A stretch of 64,000 bases of DNA from a candidate division CPR3 bacterium GWF2_35_18. GTDB lineage: Bacteria > Patescibacteriota > CPR3 > GWF2-35-18. The stretch is taken from assembly GCA_001771135.1 (NCBI GenBank), contig MESW01000003.1, positions 136,719 to 200,718 of the forward strand, in the 5' to 3' direction. Of this stretch, positions 19,346 to 28,903 are shown in pieces (positions within the stretch are counted from its first letter, which is position 1; the number at the start of each line of letters is the position of its first letter). The notes under the pieces were generated by a model that worked only from the letters and a program-made list of their open reading frames with translations, searched no databases and was not told the origin of the DNA. The position numbers and the translations under genes were made by a program.

Positions 19346-20623
19346 ATGTTAAATACAACTAAAATAAAATCCGACTTCCCAATTTTTAAAAACCAACTAA
19401 ACCTAACCTATCTTGATTCTACCGCTACTTCTTTAAAACCACAAAGTGTTATAGACAAACTAAATGAATATTATACTCAGTATTCCAGCAATATCTTCCG
19501 CGGATTGTATCCAATATCTCAAAAAGCCACCGAAGAACATGAAGCAACTCGTGAAATCGTCACCAAATTTATCGGAGCGAAACATCCTGAAGAAGTTATA
19601 TTTACCAAGAATACCTCTGAAAGTCTCAATCTGCTCATGTACACTCTCGGAGATAAAATCGTACAAAAAGACGATAACGTAATTATTTCAATTGCTGAGC
19701 ATCACAGTAACTTTGTCCCTTGGCAAATGCTTTGTTTGAAGAAAGAAGCGGAATTCCGCGTTCTGGGAATAAATAAAGAAGGCACTGTGAAACTTGATGA
19801 ATTGGAGCAGCAGGTAGATTCTCGGACAAAAATTATTGCTTTAACCTATATTTCCAATGTTTTGGGAACTGTAAATCCGATTGAAAAAATTGTAAAAATA
19901 GCTAAAAAGAAAAATCCAAACGTAATTATCATTATTGATGCCGCTCAAGCAGCTCCACATTTAAAACTTGAAGTCCGTAAACTAGGAGCTGATTTTGTGG
20001 CCTTTTCCTCACACAAGATGCTGGGACCGACCGGAGTCGGAATTCTCTGGGGGAAAAAAGAATTATTTGAAGAGATGCCACCCTTTATGTTTGGCGGAGA
20101 AATGATCGAAAAAGTCTCTGTCGAAAAGACCACTTTTGATAAGTTACCACACAAGTTTGAAGCCGGGACACCAGCAATCGGAGAAATAATTGCGCTGAAA
20201 GAAGCCGTGAAATATTTAGAAAAAATCGGACTAAAAAATATTGAAAAACATGAAAAAGAGCTAACTAATTATGCTTTAGAACGCCTAAATAATGAATTTG
20301 GTAACGATTTCCAGGTAATTGGGCCAAATGATTACAAACTTAAAACTGGAATTATCGCCTTTGTATTTAAAGATTACCATCCTCATGATATCGCTGATAT
20401 CTTAGGAAACCAGGGTATTTGTATTCGCGCTGGACATCACTGCGCTGCGCCTCTACATGAAAAAGCGAATATTTCTGCTTCCTCACGCATGAGTTTTTAT
20501 CTTTATAACAATCAGGAAGATGTGGAAAAAATAATTAATGGACTTAAAAAGGTTGATCAAATTTTAAAAATGGGTTTTCATGAACGTAGTACAAACTCAA
20601 AATTTAAACAACCCTGCTGCTAA
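19346..20623 (+). CDS. sufS: Cysteine desulfurase SufS (class V aminotransferase)
   Basis: PLP-lysine region SSHKMLGPTGVGILWG and the catalytic Cys loop HHCA. Confidence 0.88.
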   Translation: MLNTTKIKSDFPIFKNQLNLTYLDSTATSLKPQSVIDKLNEYYTQYSSNIFRGLYPISQKATEEHEATREIVTKFIGAKHPEEVIFTKNTSESLNLLMYTLGDKIVQKDDNVIISIAEHHSNFVPWQMLCLKKEAEFRVLGINKEGTVKLDELEQQVDSRTKIIALTYISNVLGTVNPIEKIVKIAKKKNPNVIIIIDAAQAAPHLKLEVRKLGADFVAFSSHKMLGPTGVGILWGKKELFEEMPPFMFGGEMIEKVSVEKTTFDKLPHKFEAGTPAIGEIIALKEAVKYLEKIGLKNIEKHEKELTNYALERLNNEFGNDFQVIGPNDYKLKTGIIAFVFKDYHPHDIADILGNQGICIRAGHHCAAPLHEKANISASSRMSFYLYNNQEDVEKIINGLKKVDQILKMGFHERSTNSKFKQPCC

Positions 20624-20625
20624 AA

Positions 20626-20988
20626 ATGGATATTTACAAAGAAAAAATACTCGAACATTATAAAAAACCTCACAATTACGGTCATTTAAAAAACCCGGAT
20701 AAATCAAATAAGGCAATTAATGTTTCCTGTGGTGATGAAATTGAAGTTGACCTAATTATTAAAGATCAGAAAGTAACGGAAGTTGGTTTTGAAAGTAAAG
20801 GATGTATAATCTCTACGGCTATGATGTCAATGTTGACTGATTATATCAAAGATAAAAAAGTGAACCAAATTATGAAAATAAATACCAAAGATCTCCAAAA
20901 AATAATCGGAATTGATGTTTCGCCTGCTAGACTCAAATGCTTGCTTATTCCTCTCCAATCAATTCAACAGGCAATCAGTAAAAATTGA
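20626..20988 (+). CDS. sufU: SufU/IscU-like Fe-S scaffold or sulfur acceptor
   Basis: NifU N-terminal-like with conserved Cys residues (VSCGDE, KGCIIS). Confidence 0.75.
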   Translation: MDIYKEKILEHYKKPHNYGHLKNPDKSNKAINVSCGDEIEVDLIIKDQKVTEVGFESKGCIISTAMMSMLTDYIKDKKVNQIMKINTKDLQKIIGIDVSPARLKCLLIPLQSIQQAISKN

Positions 20989-21123
20989 AAATCTGAGGGT
21001 TTTTAGTCTTCGTATTCTTAATAAGTTATATCTTCCAAAAAAGGCCATTCCTAATATCCTATAGTTATTGACTTTTTGCCCATTCTATGCTATAAAGCCA
21101 ACAATATTTTTATTTTTAGTAAA

Positions 21124-21147
21124 AACCTTCGTGCGAAGGTCTTTTTT
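21124..21147 (+). terminator. Intrinsic terminator after the suf operon
   Basis: ccttcg-tg-cgaagg followed by T6. Confidence 0.6.
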
Positions 21148-21448
21148 GTATCTTGGTTGTATTTGTACCTTAAAAAGAAACTTAACCCCTATTGCCTGAG
21201 GGAAAAGAGGATATTTTACTGATCTTTTTAGCCAGAGAAAATACTTTCTTTTCCCCAAGCCAATAGGCCAAGGAAAAATCAACCAGAGACGAGAATGCTA
21301 CGCGGGTGTCCCCGTACTATTCTAAGACCCTTTGGATTAAAAAAGGAGCAAATCATAAGAAATACTAGTTTTTTAACATGTTCGTTTTTAATCAAGGCGC
21401 GCCGCTATCGGCCTGCCAAATTTTCATTAACTCAGTCGGAGGGCTGAA

Positions 21449-21730
21449 ATGACAAACAAACCGTTAACTTATGCAATAGGCGCATTCCTTATTCTAAGCG
21501 CCATTTTTGTCTTTGGGATCATGCCTGCAGTGGACAATAACTTCAGCCAAAACCCAGAAGCTGCCCACTCTTATGCAGAATCCAGCCCGAGTTTCATCAA
21601 TACCATCGTTGATGGTCTCCTGAATGTTTCCGGAGTCGCCCCTTGGGCGCCCGGCATCATCGTATTCGGTGGAGCAATTCTGCTCATTGTCGCCGGATAT
21701 AAATTCCTCGGAAAACTCCTTCACGTTTAA
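21449..21730 (+). CDS. Small two-TM membrane protein (93 aa) in a GC-rich, compositionally atypical segment
   Basis: GGAGGG SD 6 nt before the ATG. Two hydrophobic helices. GC3-rich codons unlike the rest of the window. The call is uncertain, and a structured RNA is an alternative. Confidence 0.4.
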   Translation: MTNKPLTYAIGAFLILSAIFVFGIMPAVDNNFSQNPEAAHSYAESSPSFINTIVDGLLNVSGVAPWAPGIIVFGGAILLIVAGYKFLGKLLHV

Positions 21731-21987
21731 CTTCATACTCCCTGTGCCCGTAGGGTTCAGGGACGCAATTATCTGGCATGAGAGGTATATTTTTATACCT
21801 GTAGGTTAAGCCTGGGTTTATTACCCAAAACCTACCTAGTGTGATTATCTGTTCTTGAAGAACATTTTTCCTTTTATTTCTTCTTCAACAACAACTTTTT
21901 AATCTTCACACTTGCTCTTTCTCTCTTTGCAAATAATTATTATTGTTCGTAAAGAAAGCACTTCAAATTATTTTGAAGTGTTTAATC

Positions 21988-22016
21988 GAAAAAACCTCCT
22001 TCTTAGGAGGTTTTTT
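21988..22016. terminator. Bidirectional intrinsic terminator
   Basis: A-run, then aacctcct-tctt-aggaggtt, then T-run. A second hairpin lies at 21959-21980. Confidence 0.6.
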
Positions 22017-22044
22017 CTTATTTCAATAGATTTTTGGTGTAGTC

Positions 22045-22293
22045 CTATTTCACTTCCATAACTTCAATCACCTGTACTGGACAGCTTCGCGCCGAATCTT
22101 CAAGGAGTTTAATGTCTTCTTCGGATACTTCTACAACCAGCTCAAATCTCTTAATTTGAGGATTATTTCTTCCACTTACTAATGTGGCTTTTCCATCATC
22201 AACCATTTTCCAGAACTTCGGAGCAATAGCGGCACAGACTGCCGCGCCAATGCAATTTTGACGATCAAAGGTTATTTTCGCTCTTCTTTTCAT
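22045..22293 (-). CDS. Small ferredoxin, single [4Fe-4S]/[3Fe-4S] type
   Basis: CIGAAVCAAIAP...CP cluster motif. ATG 22293 is preceded by AAAGGAG; the ORF-track TTG extension is rejected. Confidence 0.7.
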   Translation of the reverse strand: MKRRAKITFDRQNCIGAAVCAAIAPKFWKMVDDGKATLVSGRNNPQIKRFELVVEVSEEDIKLLEDSARSCPVQVIEVMEVK

Positions 22294-22314
22294 AAATACT
22301 CCTTTCAAAAATAG

Positions 22315-22557
22315 CTATTCCTTAATTTTATTGTAGTCACCACAGCTACACTCACAATCTTCCTCAACTTCATAACGACTTCCATCATCTTTATAAACAT
22401 ACATCGTATCTTTTTTTTCATCCAGAGTTTTTTTGTGCGATTTGTCACATAATCCCAACGGATTTTTTGATAAACCACATCTGCATATCCAAATACTTTT
22501 ATCCTGAATCTTCACTTCTGACGGCTCATTTGCAGTACGAACAACCAATCTAGACAT
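22315..22557 (-). CDS. CDGSH-type iron-sulfur domain protein (mitoNEET-like)
   Basis: WICRCGLSKNPLGLCDKSH matches C-x-C-x2-S-x..P-x..C-D-x-S-H. Confidence 0.65.
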   Translation of the reverse strand: MSRLVVRTANEPSEVKIQDKSIWICRCGLSKNPLGLCDKSHKKTLDEKKDTMYVYKDDGSRYEVEEDCECSCGDYNKIKE

Positions 22558-22690
22558 AGTAAAACTCCTTTTTTAATATATATTCACTATACCGAAAATG
22601 CTGTTATTTGCAATAAGAAAAATATTTTATCTTTGAAAGACAAAGTGATATAATCTAACACTATCTATGTAATAGTTAACAGGAAATCAA

Positions 22691-23389
22691 ATGCAGCAAT
22701 TTGAAGCTATATTAGAATCTAAACAAATCTTAACACCAACTGTTTTGTTAGTTAGATTTCAAAATTTAAACAAAATTGATTTTATTCCCGGACAATTTAT
22801 TACAATTCCAATTGGAAAGCAAAATCGCTTCTATTCCCTAGCTACCACTCCCCTTTTTCATAAATACTTTGAACTTATTGCTACTGTTGAAAATAATGGA
22901 GTTGGGGCTAACTTTTTGCTTAATCAATTAAAAATTGGAGAAAAGGTAACCTTTTACAAACCTCAAGGAAAATTTAACCTTCAAAATAATTCTAAAGCAA
23001 AGATATTTTTAGCAACTGGCGTAGGAATATCCGCAATTAGATCTATGATACAAACGTTAGTCCAAACAGATTTTCAGAAACAATTTCTTCTTTTTTTTGG
23101 TATAAAAACTAAAAAGGATGTTTTTCTGGAAAATGAATGGCAAAATATTCAGGATCAAAATTCTAACTTCTCATATTTCTATTGTCTTTCCAGAGAAAAA
23201 AATAAACACTACAACTTCGGATATGTATCTGGAAATCTTAAAGAATATCTAACTACTCATCGTTTAAATCCTCAAGACTTCGAATATTATGTCTGCGGTA
23301 ATTTAAATAATGTTCAAAATATCGTGGAATTCCTCCAAAATGATTTAGGGATTAGTAATGCGCAAGTATTCTTCGAAAAATTTATTTAG
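22691..23389 (+). CDS. Ferredoxin-NADP reductase-like flavoprotein (FAD/NAD(P)-binding oxidoreductase)
   Basis: RFYSLA FAD-binding motif and an NAD-binding-like ATGVGIS motif. Divergent from the ferredoxin/CDGSH pair. Confidence 0.65.
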   Translation: MQQFEAILESKQILTPTVLLVRFQNLNKIDFIPGQFITIPIGKQNRFYSLATTPLFHKYFELIATVENNGVGANFLLNQLKIGEKVTFYKPQGKFNLQNNSKAKIFLATGVGISAIRSMIQTLVQTDFQKQFLLFFGIKTKKDVFLENEWQNIQDQNSNFSYFYCLSREKNKHYNFGYVSGNLKEYLTTHRLNPQDFEYYVCGNLNNVQNIVEFLQNDLGISNAQVFFEKFI

Positions 23390-23400
23390 CAACCTATTAC

Positions 23401-23429
23401 TTGAGACTTTTTAATTATTAATATATACT
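23401..23429 (+). promoter_or_regulatory. Sigma70-like promoter for tRNA-Thr
   Basis: TTGAGA-17 nt-TATACT ending 13 nt before the tRNA 5' end. Confidence 0.45.
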
Positions 23430-23442
23430 TACTAATTGATCT

Positions 23443-23518
23443 GCCGCCCTAGCTCAATTGGTAGAGCAACGGTATCGTAAACCGTAGGTTGTCGGTTCAA
23501 GTCCGATGGGCGGCTCCA
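23443..23518 (+). tRNA. tRNA-Thr (CGT), CCA encoded
   Basis: Acceptor GCCGCCC/GGGCGGC. Anticodon stem ACGGT/ACCGT with loop atCGTaa. Confidence 0.8.
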
Positions 23519-23568
23519 TAAGTTACAAACTTTACAAGCATCTTTTTTTTATCCATAATGAATTTACC

Positions 23569-24357
23569 ATGAGAAAAAATCATTATCGTAATCGTAAAAT
23601 CGCAGGTTACAGTTATAGTCCTCGCGAAAATATCGCCCAGAAACAACAACAAGCATATCGTCGCATTTTTATTGTAGTAGCAGTTATTATCATCTCTTTA
23701 ATTCTCATCTTTAAAAATATCGATGTGATTATAGAAAAAATCACCGGTATAGGCAAAACATTTGATAATCAAGAAGAGTTGAAAACTCCAGATCCACTAT
23801 CCCTTGCTCAGGATAATCTGCTTTGGACTCCACAGATTGACTCTATACCGACTATCACTAATCAAAAAAAACTGACTGTTACAGGTACAGCGTATCAGGG
23901 AATTCAAGTCGAACTATTTTTTAATGGTGACGGCATTTCTGTCGATGATCTAGATGAAAATAAGAAGTTTGAATTTACCGATTTGAATTTAATATCTGGA
24001 GAAAATTCAATTGCCGTCCGCTCGATTAAAGAAGATGGAACTAAAAGTGAACTATCAAGCGAAAGTAAGATTACCCTTGATCTTAAACCTGCAGATTTAG
24101 AGGTGAATTCTCCTACCGATGGTCAAAAATTTGGACAAGATAGTCAGAAAATAAAAGTAATCGGGAAAACTGATCTGGACGCCAAACCTTACGTTAACGA
24201 TCATATCGTCATTTTGAAACCTGATGGAACTTTTGAATATCAAATTACCCTAAATGAAGGCGAAAATACCATCAAAGTTAAAGCTCTTGATCCGGCTGGA
24301 AATGAAACTGTCAAAGAAATAAAAGTTACTTTCGATCCAAACGCTGCGGTATCATAA
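23569..24357 (+). CDS. Membrane-anchored protein with tandem bacterial Ig-like domains
   Basis: N-terminal TM helix. Repeated beta-rich segments ending in NTIKVKALDPAGNET.. / ENSIAVRSIKEDGTKS. The ORF-track start overlaps tRNA-Thr, so ATG 23569 is used. Confidence 0.55.
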   Translation: MRKNHYRNRKIAGYSYSPRENIAQKQQQAYRRIFIVVAVIIISLILIFKNIDVIIEKITGIGKTFDNQEELKTPDPLSLAQDNLLWTPQIDSIPTITNQKKLTVTGTAYQGIQVELFFNGDGISVDDLDENKKFEFTDLNLISGENSIAVRSIKEDGTKSELSSESKITLDLKPADLEVNSPTDGQKFGQDSQKIKVIGKTDLDAKPYVNDHIVILKPDGTFEYQITLNEGENTIKVKALDPAGNETVKEIKVTFDPNAAVS

Positions 24358-25606
24358 CGACGAAACTCAACCCTAAAAATATCCACCACATCAAAGATAA
24401 ATCATTTTTGAAATAAGGAACATCTACAAGGCCGTGAATAAGGTAATAAATTAGAATCCCCAAAAGTCCAATCTGCCAAAAATTCATTCCATTATGTTTT
24501 GAAAACAGATTCTTTAAATAAATTATAATTAACATTCCAAAGCTTAATAACCCCAATAATCCCAATTCGCTCCAAAAATTTAGAATAAGATTATGAGGAT
24601 ATTGAAGAAGCTCCGGATCACAGGTCACATAACTATAATAAGTTATGGGGAAATTCGACAAACCAGTTCCAAGGATTCGGTGGTCTTGCAACATCTTCCA
24701 TGTTCCTTCAAACAAACACAAACGTACAATAACAGTATTATCAAAAACTCGCACTAGTGGTCTTTCTGATAAGTGAGGCGTAAATTTCGAAATAACTGTA
24801 AAGAAAAATATCTGACTAACAAAATAAAGACCAACGCAAAGAAGGATTATTCTTTTTATGGTATTGGGAGAAAGAGAGATTTTTACTTTAACTAAATGCA
24901 GTACGAAAACAGCTCCTAAAGCAAAAATCGCTCCGAGCATTCCCCCACTAGATTCAGTCATATAGATCACACTCAAGAATAAAACTAGAAAGATCATCAA
25001 CACGAATGTTTTTTTCCGCTCGGATTTGGTTTGATCCGATTGCTTTCGTTTTATTAAAAATAGTATTTTGCTTAGAAGAATAATTGTTATTGGTATAAGG
25101 TATAAACATAAAGCATTGGCACTATTAAAAAAACCGGTAATTCGACCTTGAGAAATCTCGTGAGGAGCATAAACATCCGTTCCAGTGATCTTTTGAGAAA
25201 CCGCGATAATTGAGGTCATAATTCCAGAAAATAACAGACTATAAAAAACTCCAGTTAACTGTTTCTGCTCCTTGATCGAGCTAAACAAAACGATAAAAAG
25301 AAGAATCGGTTCGATAATATAAGCTTTCAGAATCCCTAAAGCTGTGTTTTTATCTGGAGAAACAAATACCGAAATTATTCCAGCAATTAAAAACAACCAA
25401 ACGCTGATTAATCTTTTATCGGTAAAAAGATCTTTAATACTTTTAAAATCTTTTTCAACTACAACCTTTACAAGCCAAAAACCAAAGGTAAGTAAAATCA
25501 GGACTTCCAGAAAAGTGAAAGGAATACCCAAAACCTGACCACGGATAATATATAGTGGAAGTGAAAAAATCGTTACATAGATTACGTAATTTAAAAATTT
25601 TGACAT
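24326..25606 (-). CDS. O-antigen ligase / Wzy-like polytopic membrane protein
   Basis: About 10-12 TM helices with a central periplasmic loop. Confidence 0.6.
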   Translation of the reverse strand: MSKFLNYVIYVTIFSLPLYIIRGQVLGIPFTFLEVLILLTFGFWLVKVVVEKDFKSIKDLFTDKRLISVWLFLIAGIISVFVSPDKNTALGILKAYIIEPILLFIVLFSSIKEQKQLTGVFYSLLFSGIMTSIIAVSQKITGTDVYAPHEISQGRITGFFNSANALCLYLIPITIILLSKILFLIKRKQSDQTKSERKKTFVLMIFLVLFLSVIYMTESSGGMLGAIFALGAVFVLHLVKVKISLSPNTIKRIILLCVGLYFVSQIFFFTVISKFTPHLSERPLVRVFDNTVIVRLCLFEGTWKMLQDHRILGTGLSNFPITYYSYVTCDPELLQYPHNLILNFWSELGLLGLLSFGMLIIIYLKNLFSKHNGMNFWQIGLLGILIYYLIHGLVDVPYFKNDLSLMWWIFLGLSFVVMIPQRLDRK

Positions 25607-27066
25607 TAATTTATCCTTTGAAAAAGGTATGTTTCACCTTTTTGCAATCTCAATTTAAAATCTGGATTTAAATTCATTTTTTCAATTTCCTTAATGCTCT
25701 CTGTTTCAGTATAAGGATATGCTTCCATCTCCTTAGAAACAAGTACATATTGTACAACATCAAGACCATAGGGATAAAAATATATCTCCTCACGATGAGA
25801 CAAATGCGACACCAAAGCAGATGGCGCTGTCAAAGAAGCATCTTTCGGAACGATCTTTATTATCTCGGCAATATTTTGTTGTCTATCTTGATCTATTTTG
25901 AAGTTTTTGTTTCCAAACCAACCTAAAAATGTTTTTTCAGAAAAAGTAATACCAAAACTAATTATAATAATCATAATCGAGATATAACTGAAAAACTGTT
26001 TTTTACTGATACGAATTCCCTTTTTACGTAAATAGTCAAAAATATTATTAATCCCGTAAACCAAGCCTAAACTAAGTAAAGGCGCAATATTTGCACTATA
26101 GTGAAAACCAATTCCCCACCGTAATTCATGAATAGACAAAAATCGTTCCAGGAAAAGTGGTAAAGACAAAAAGAGGAAAAACGGCGAAAATAAAGGCAGA
26201 TACAAAAAAGAAATTAATAATAAATTCATTGTTTGGGTTTTTGAGATCGGAGTAAAAAATAGCTCTCCCAGTTGCAGGGGGTGCATAAAAATATACTGAA
26301 TTTGTTCTGACAACGAATTACCTGGAATAACGGTCTGAATATAAGTTGCTGGAGTTGGACTATACAAAGGACTAATTACTTTTATAAACAGCATAAAAAT
26401 TAATCCCGAAATCAAAAAGATAAATAATCCTCGAACATAGTTTCTTTTGATAAAAAAATCATATAAACCCAACATCAGACAAACCAGAGCCATATCTTCT
26501 TTGCAAATCAAAGTTAGAAAAAGAAAGATCCAAAACCCGCGAGATTTATCACAATTGTAGAAATAAAGTAGCCATGATAAAAAAAAGACCGAAACTGTAG
26601 CGACATGAAAATCAAAATTCAAGGCGTTTTGTAAACCAAAAAATGTTAGATATGCAAAAGCCAAAGAAAGCGAGAAAAATCGATTTTTAAATCGATCTTC
26701 TGTAATTAAATATAATGGAATAACCGAAAAAACTACCAAGATAACTTGCGAAATAAGAAGCATCCTCACATCTGCCCAAATCCAATATAAAGGAACAAAA
26801 AGTAATAAAATCGGGTGAAAATGATCTCCGAGAAGCATCATATTCGGCTGACGAACAGTAGAAAACGGCAGTTTAAATTTGGAATATAACCAAATAGCTT
26901 GATCATAAATACCCAAATCATTAGCATGAGTTTGAAAATTGGAATGCCGATAAAGAACTAAAAATCCGTATAAAAGACAAAAGACGGTAATCATGAAAAC
27001 AAATAACTTGTTTTCATTCATCCATCGACATATTGACAGTAACTTATCTTTTAAATTTGTTAACAT
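25606..27066 (-). CDS. DUF2079 family integral membrane protein
   Basis: LGDHFHPILLL motif in a loop; 486-aa polytopic protein. Confidence 0.6.
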   Translation of the reverse strand: MLTNLKDKLLSICRWMNENKLFVFMITVFCLLYGFLVLYRHSNFQTHANDLGIYDQAIWLYSKFKLPFSTVRQPNMMLLGDHFHPILLLFVPLYWIWADVRMLLISQVILVVFSVIPLYLITEDRFKNRFFSLSLAFAYLTFFGLQNALNFDFHVATVSVFFLSWLLYFYNCDKSRGFWIFLFLTLICKEDMALVCLMLGLYDFFIKRNYVRGLFIFLISGLIFMLFIKVISPLYSPTPATYIQTVIPGNSLSEQIQYIFMHPLQLGELFFTPISKTQTMNLLLISFLYLPLFSPFFLFLSLPLFLERFLSIHELRWGIGFHYSANIAPLLSLGLVYGINNIFDYLRKKGIRISKKQFFSYISIMIIIISFGITFSEKTFLGWFGNKNFKIDQDRQQNIAEIIKIVPKDASLTAPSALVSHLSHREEIYFYPYGLDVVQYVLVSKEMEAYPYTETESIKEIEKMNLNPDFKLRLQKGETYLFQRIN

Positions 27067-27082
27067 GAAAAATGATTAATGA

Positions 27083-28345
27083 TTATATCCTGTCTTTCAT
27101 AATCCCTTCCATTATCCCAATTACAATCATAACCCATTCGAGAATAAACGGATATAGTAGCGAGTTTACAAATTGAGAGTGAATGATTAGAGATATTACT
27201 CCGGCAAAAACTGTAATCCCGAGAATTCTACTCCAAGATGAACTGTTTTTAATATAACTAATGCCACAAATAATTAATTGTCTTCCTAAAAACCACAAAT
27301 ATATAAGTAATCCTGTCACCCCTGTGGTGGCCAAAATAAGAATTAAACTACTATCCACTCCTGAACTGGCGTGAGAGGTAACTTCAGACTCTTCCCAGGG
27401 CTGTATATAATCATAACGGATCTGTGCATATCGGTAGCTATTATAACTTACTCCCAAAAGCAAATTTTTCTTCGCAATATCAAGACCTTTTTCCCAAGAT
27501 TCAAAGCGAAAACTGGCCGTAGTATCGATATTGAAACCACCGATAACTCTTTCCTGAACACGTGGGATCAGCAAAAAAGCTAATATTCCAACCAGAATTC
27601 CCAATATTAATAACTGGCGAGACCGGATAACACCAACAATAAACATCGCGATTACAAACATCAGATAGGTACTACGAGAAAAAGTCAAAACTATTGCCGT
27701 CAGAATTACTACTGCAATTCCAGCTTTTATTAAATCAAATTTTTCCCAAGAATCAACTTCCAAACTCATTAAAACTATAAGCACAAAGTTCAGAACTAAA
27801 AATCCACCTACATAGTTAGGATCAAAAAAAGTTGACAACACTCGATAATAATGAGGATCCCAACCTTGGGCAACCATAGAAGCAAAATTGGGAAAAATAA
27901 CATATTGGACTAAACCAAAAAGAGCGACTAAAAATCCTGTCCCAATAAGTAAATTTATGTACAGTCTAGTCTCTTTAATTCTTTCTTGGTGGTCTTTCAA
28001 TTTCTTAATAAGATCAAAAACTACAAAATATAATCCGATATAAGTAAACCATCGCCAAAGATAAAGACTGCTAATCAGAAACTCATTTAGCGATAAATAT
28101 TGTTTATTCCAAAATAAAGAAATTATTCCGACAAGTAAAAAAAGCAGTATCGGTAAACTTAAATAAGGTGGTTTAAATTTTTCTTTCCGTCTCAACAAAT
28201 CAACAACCCAAAAACCTATAATCAAAGGAAGTAATAAATCGTTAAGATAAATCACCAAACCGGAACTTCCAAGAGTAATTCGACTAAATTGACCTAAAGG
28301 TAAAATAACTATTAAAATAATAAAAAGGAATCTATGAAGTTTCAT
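27083..28345 (-). CDS. O-antigen ligase / Wzy-like polytopic membrane protein (second copy)
   Basis: 420-aa polytopic protein with similar architecture to 24326-25606. Confidence 0.55.
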   Translation of the reverse strand: MKLHRFLFIILIVILPLGQFSRITLGSSGLVIYLNDLLLPLIIGFWVVDLLRRKEKFKPPYLSLPILLFLLVGIISLFWNKQYLSLNEFLISSLYLWRWFTYIGLYFVVFDLIKKLKDHQERIKETRLYINLLIGTGFLVALFGLVQYVIFPNFASMVAQGWDPHYYRVLSTFFDPNYVGGFLVLNFVLIVLMSLEVDSWEKFDLIKAGIAVVILTAIVLTFSRSTYLMFVIAMFIVGVIRSRQLLILGILVGILAFLLIPRVQERVIGGFNIDTTASFRFESWEKGLDIAKKNLLLGVSYNSYRYAQIRYDYIQPWEESEVTSHASSGVDSSLILILATTGVTGLLIYLWFLGRQLIICGISYIKNSSSWSRILGITVFAGVISLIIHSQFVNSLLYPFILEWVMIVIGIMEGIMKDRI

Positions 28346-28363
28346 TTGTTAAAAAAAGTATTA

Positions 28364-28729
28364 TTATCTACCCCTTGTAATAAGAACCACACCTGCAATA
28401 ATTAAAACTATTCCGGCATAATGAATAGTCAAAACTTTTTCATGAAAAAGTAATGCTGAAACGATTAATACTAAAATGTATCCCAGTGATATCAAAGGAT
28501 AAGCAAAGGAGAGTTCAACTCGTGATAAAACAATAATCCAAAAAACAGAGGAAATGAAATATAACCCTAATCCAAGCAGTGTATAAAAATTTGTTAATGC
28601 AGAAATCACAAAAGTAAATGGCTGTGAAAAGTTAATAGTCCCTACCTGCACTGATCCATATTTCATCGCAATTTGTCCTAACACTCCCAAAACAATACTG
28701 ATAAAAATTAAAACAAGATTTATAACCAT
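28364..28729 (-). CDS. Small 4-TM EamA/SMR-like transporter (ArnE/ArnF-like candidate)
   Basis: 121 aa. GQIAMKYG motif in TM1, four TM helices. Confidence 0.45.
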   Translation of the reverse strand: MVINLVLIFISIVLGVLGQIAMKYGSVQVGTINFSQPFTFVISALTNFYTLLGLGLYFISSVFWIIVLSRVELSFAYPLISLGYILVLIVSALLFHEKVLTIHYAGIVLIIAGVVLITRGR

Positions 28730-28822
28730 ATAATCCCATATTTCAAATTAATTTGAAAACATAATTTGTAATTTACAATGTTGTTATTATGAACGAGGTG
28801 AATAACAAACTTTGTTTATAAA

Positions 28823-28870
28823 GGTAATACTCATCTATATTTATTGTAAATCAGAGGAAGATGAATATAT
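28823..28870. repeat. About 48-nt hairpin-forming intergenic repeat, copy A
   Basis: GGTAATACTCATCTA-N18-GGAAGATGAaTATAT. Near-identical to 52370-52418. Confidence 0.6.
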
Positions 28871-28903
28871 AACAATAATGATATTTTAACAAAATTTCTA
28901 AGA

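Noticed and set aside
21494-21736. 80-aa antisense ORF opposite the small membrane-protein gene
   Set aside because: Long antisense ORFs are expected in a locally GC-rich stretch. It has no RBS, and the plus-strand ORF has a strong SD.
21290-21850. tmRNA, RNase P RNA or SRP RNA as an explanation for the GC-rich islet
   Set aside because: I could not find a tRNA-like 3' end (GGUUCGAnUCC...CCA), the RNase P P4 consensus or the SRP domain IV motif by eye. The question is left open pending cmscan.
22294-22308. TTG-extended start of the ferredoxin ORF
   Set aside because: The extension contains the AAAGGAG SD that serves the ATG at 22293, so the shorter ORF is preferred.
23506-23568. N-terminal extension of the Ig-like protein ORF
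   Set aside because: It overlaps the 3' end of tRNA-Thr. The internal ATG at 23569 is used instead.
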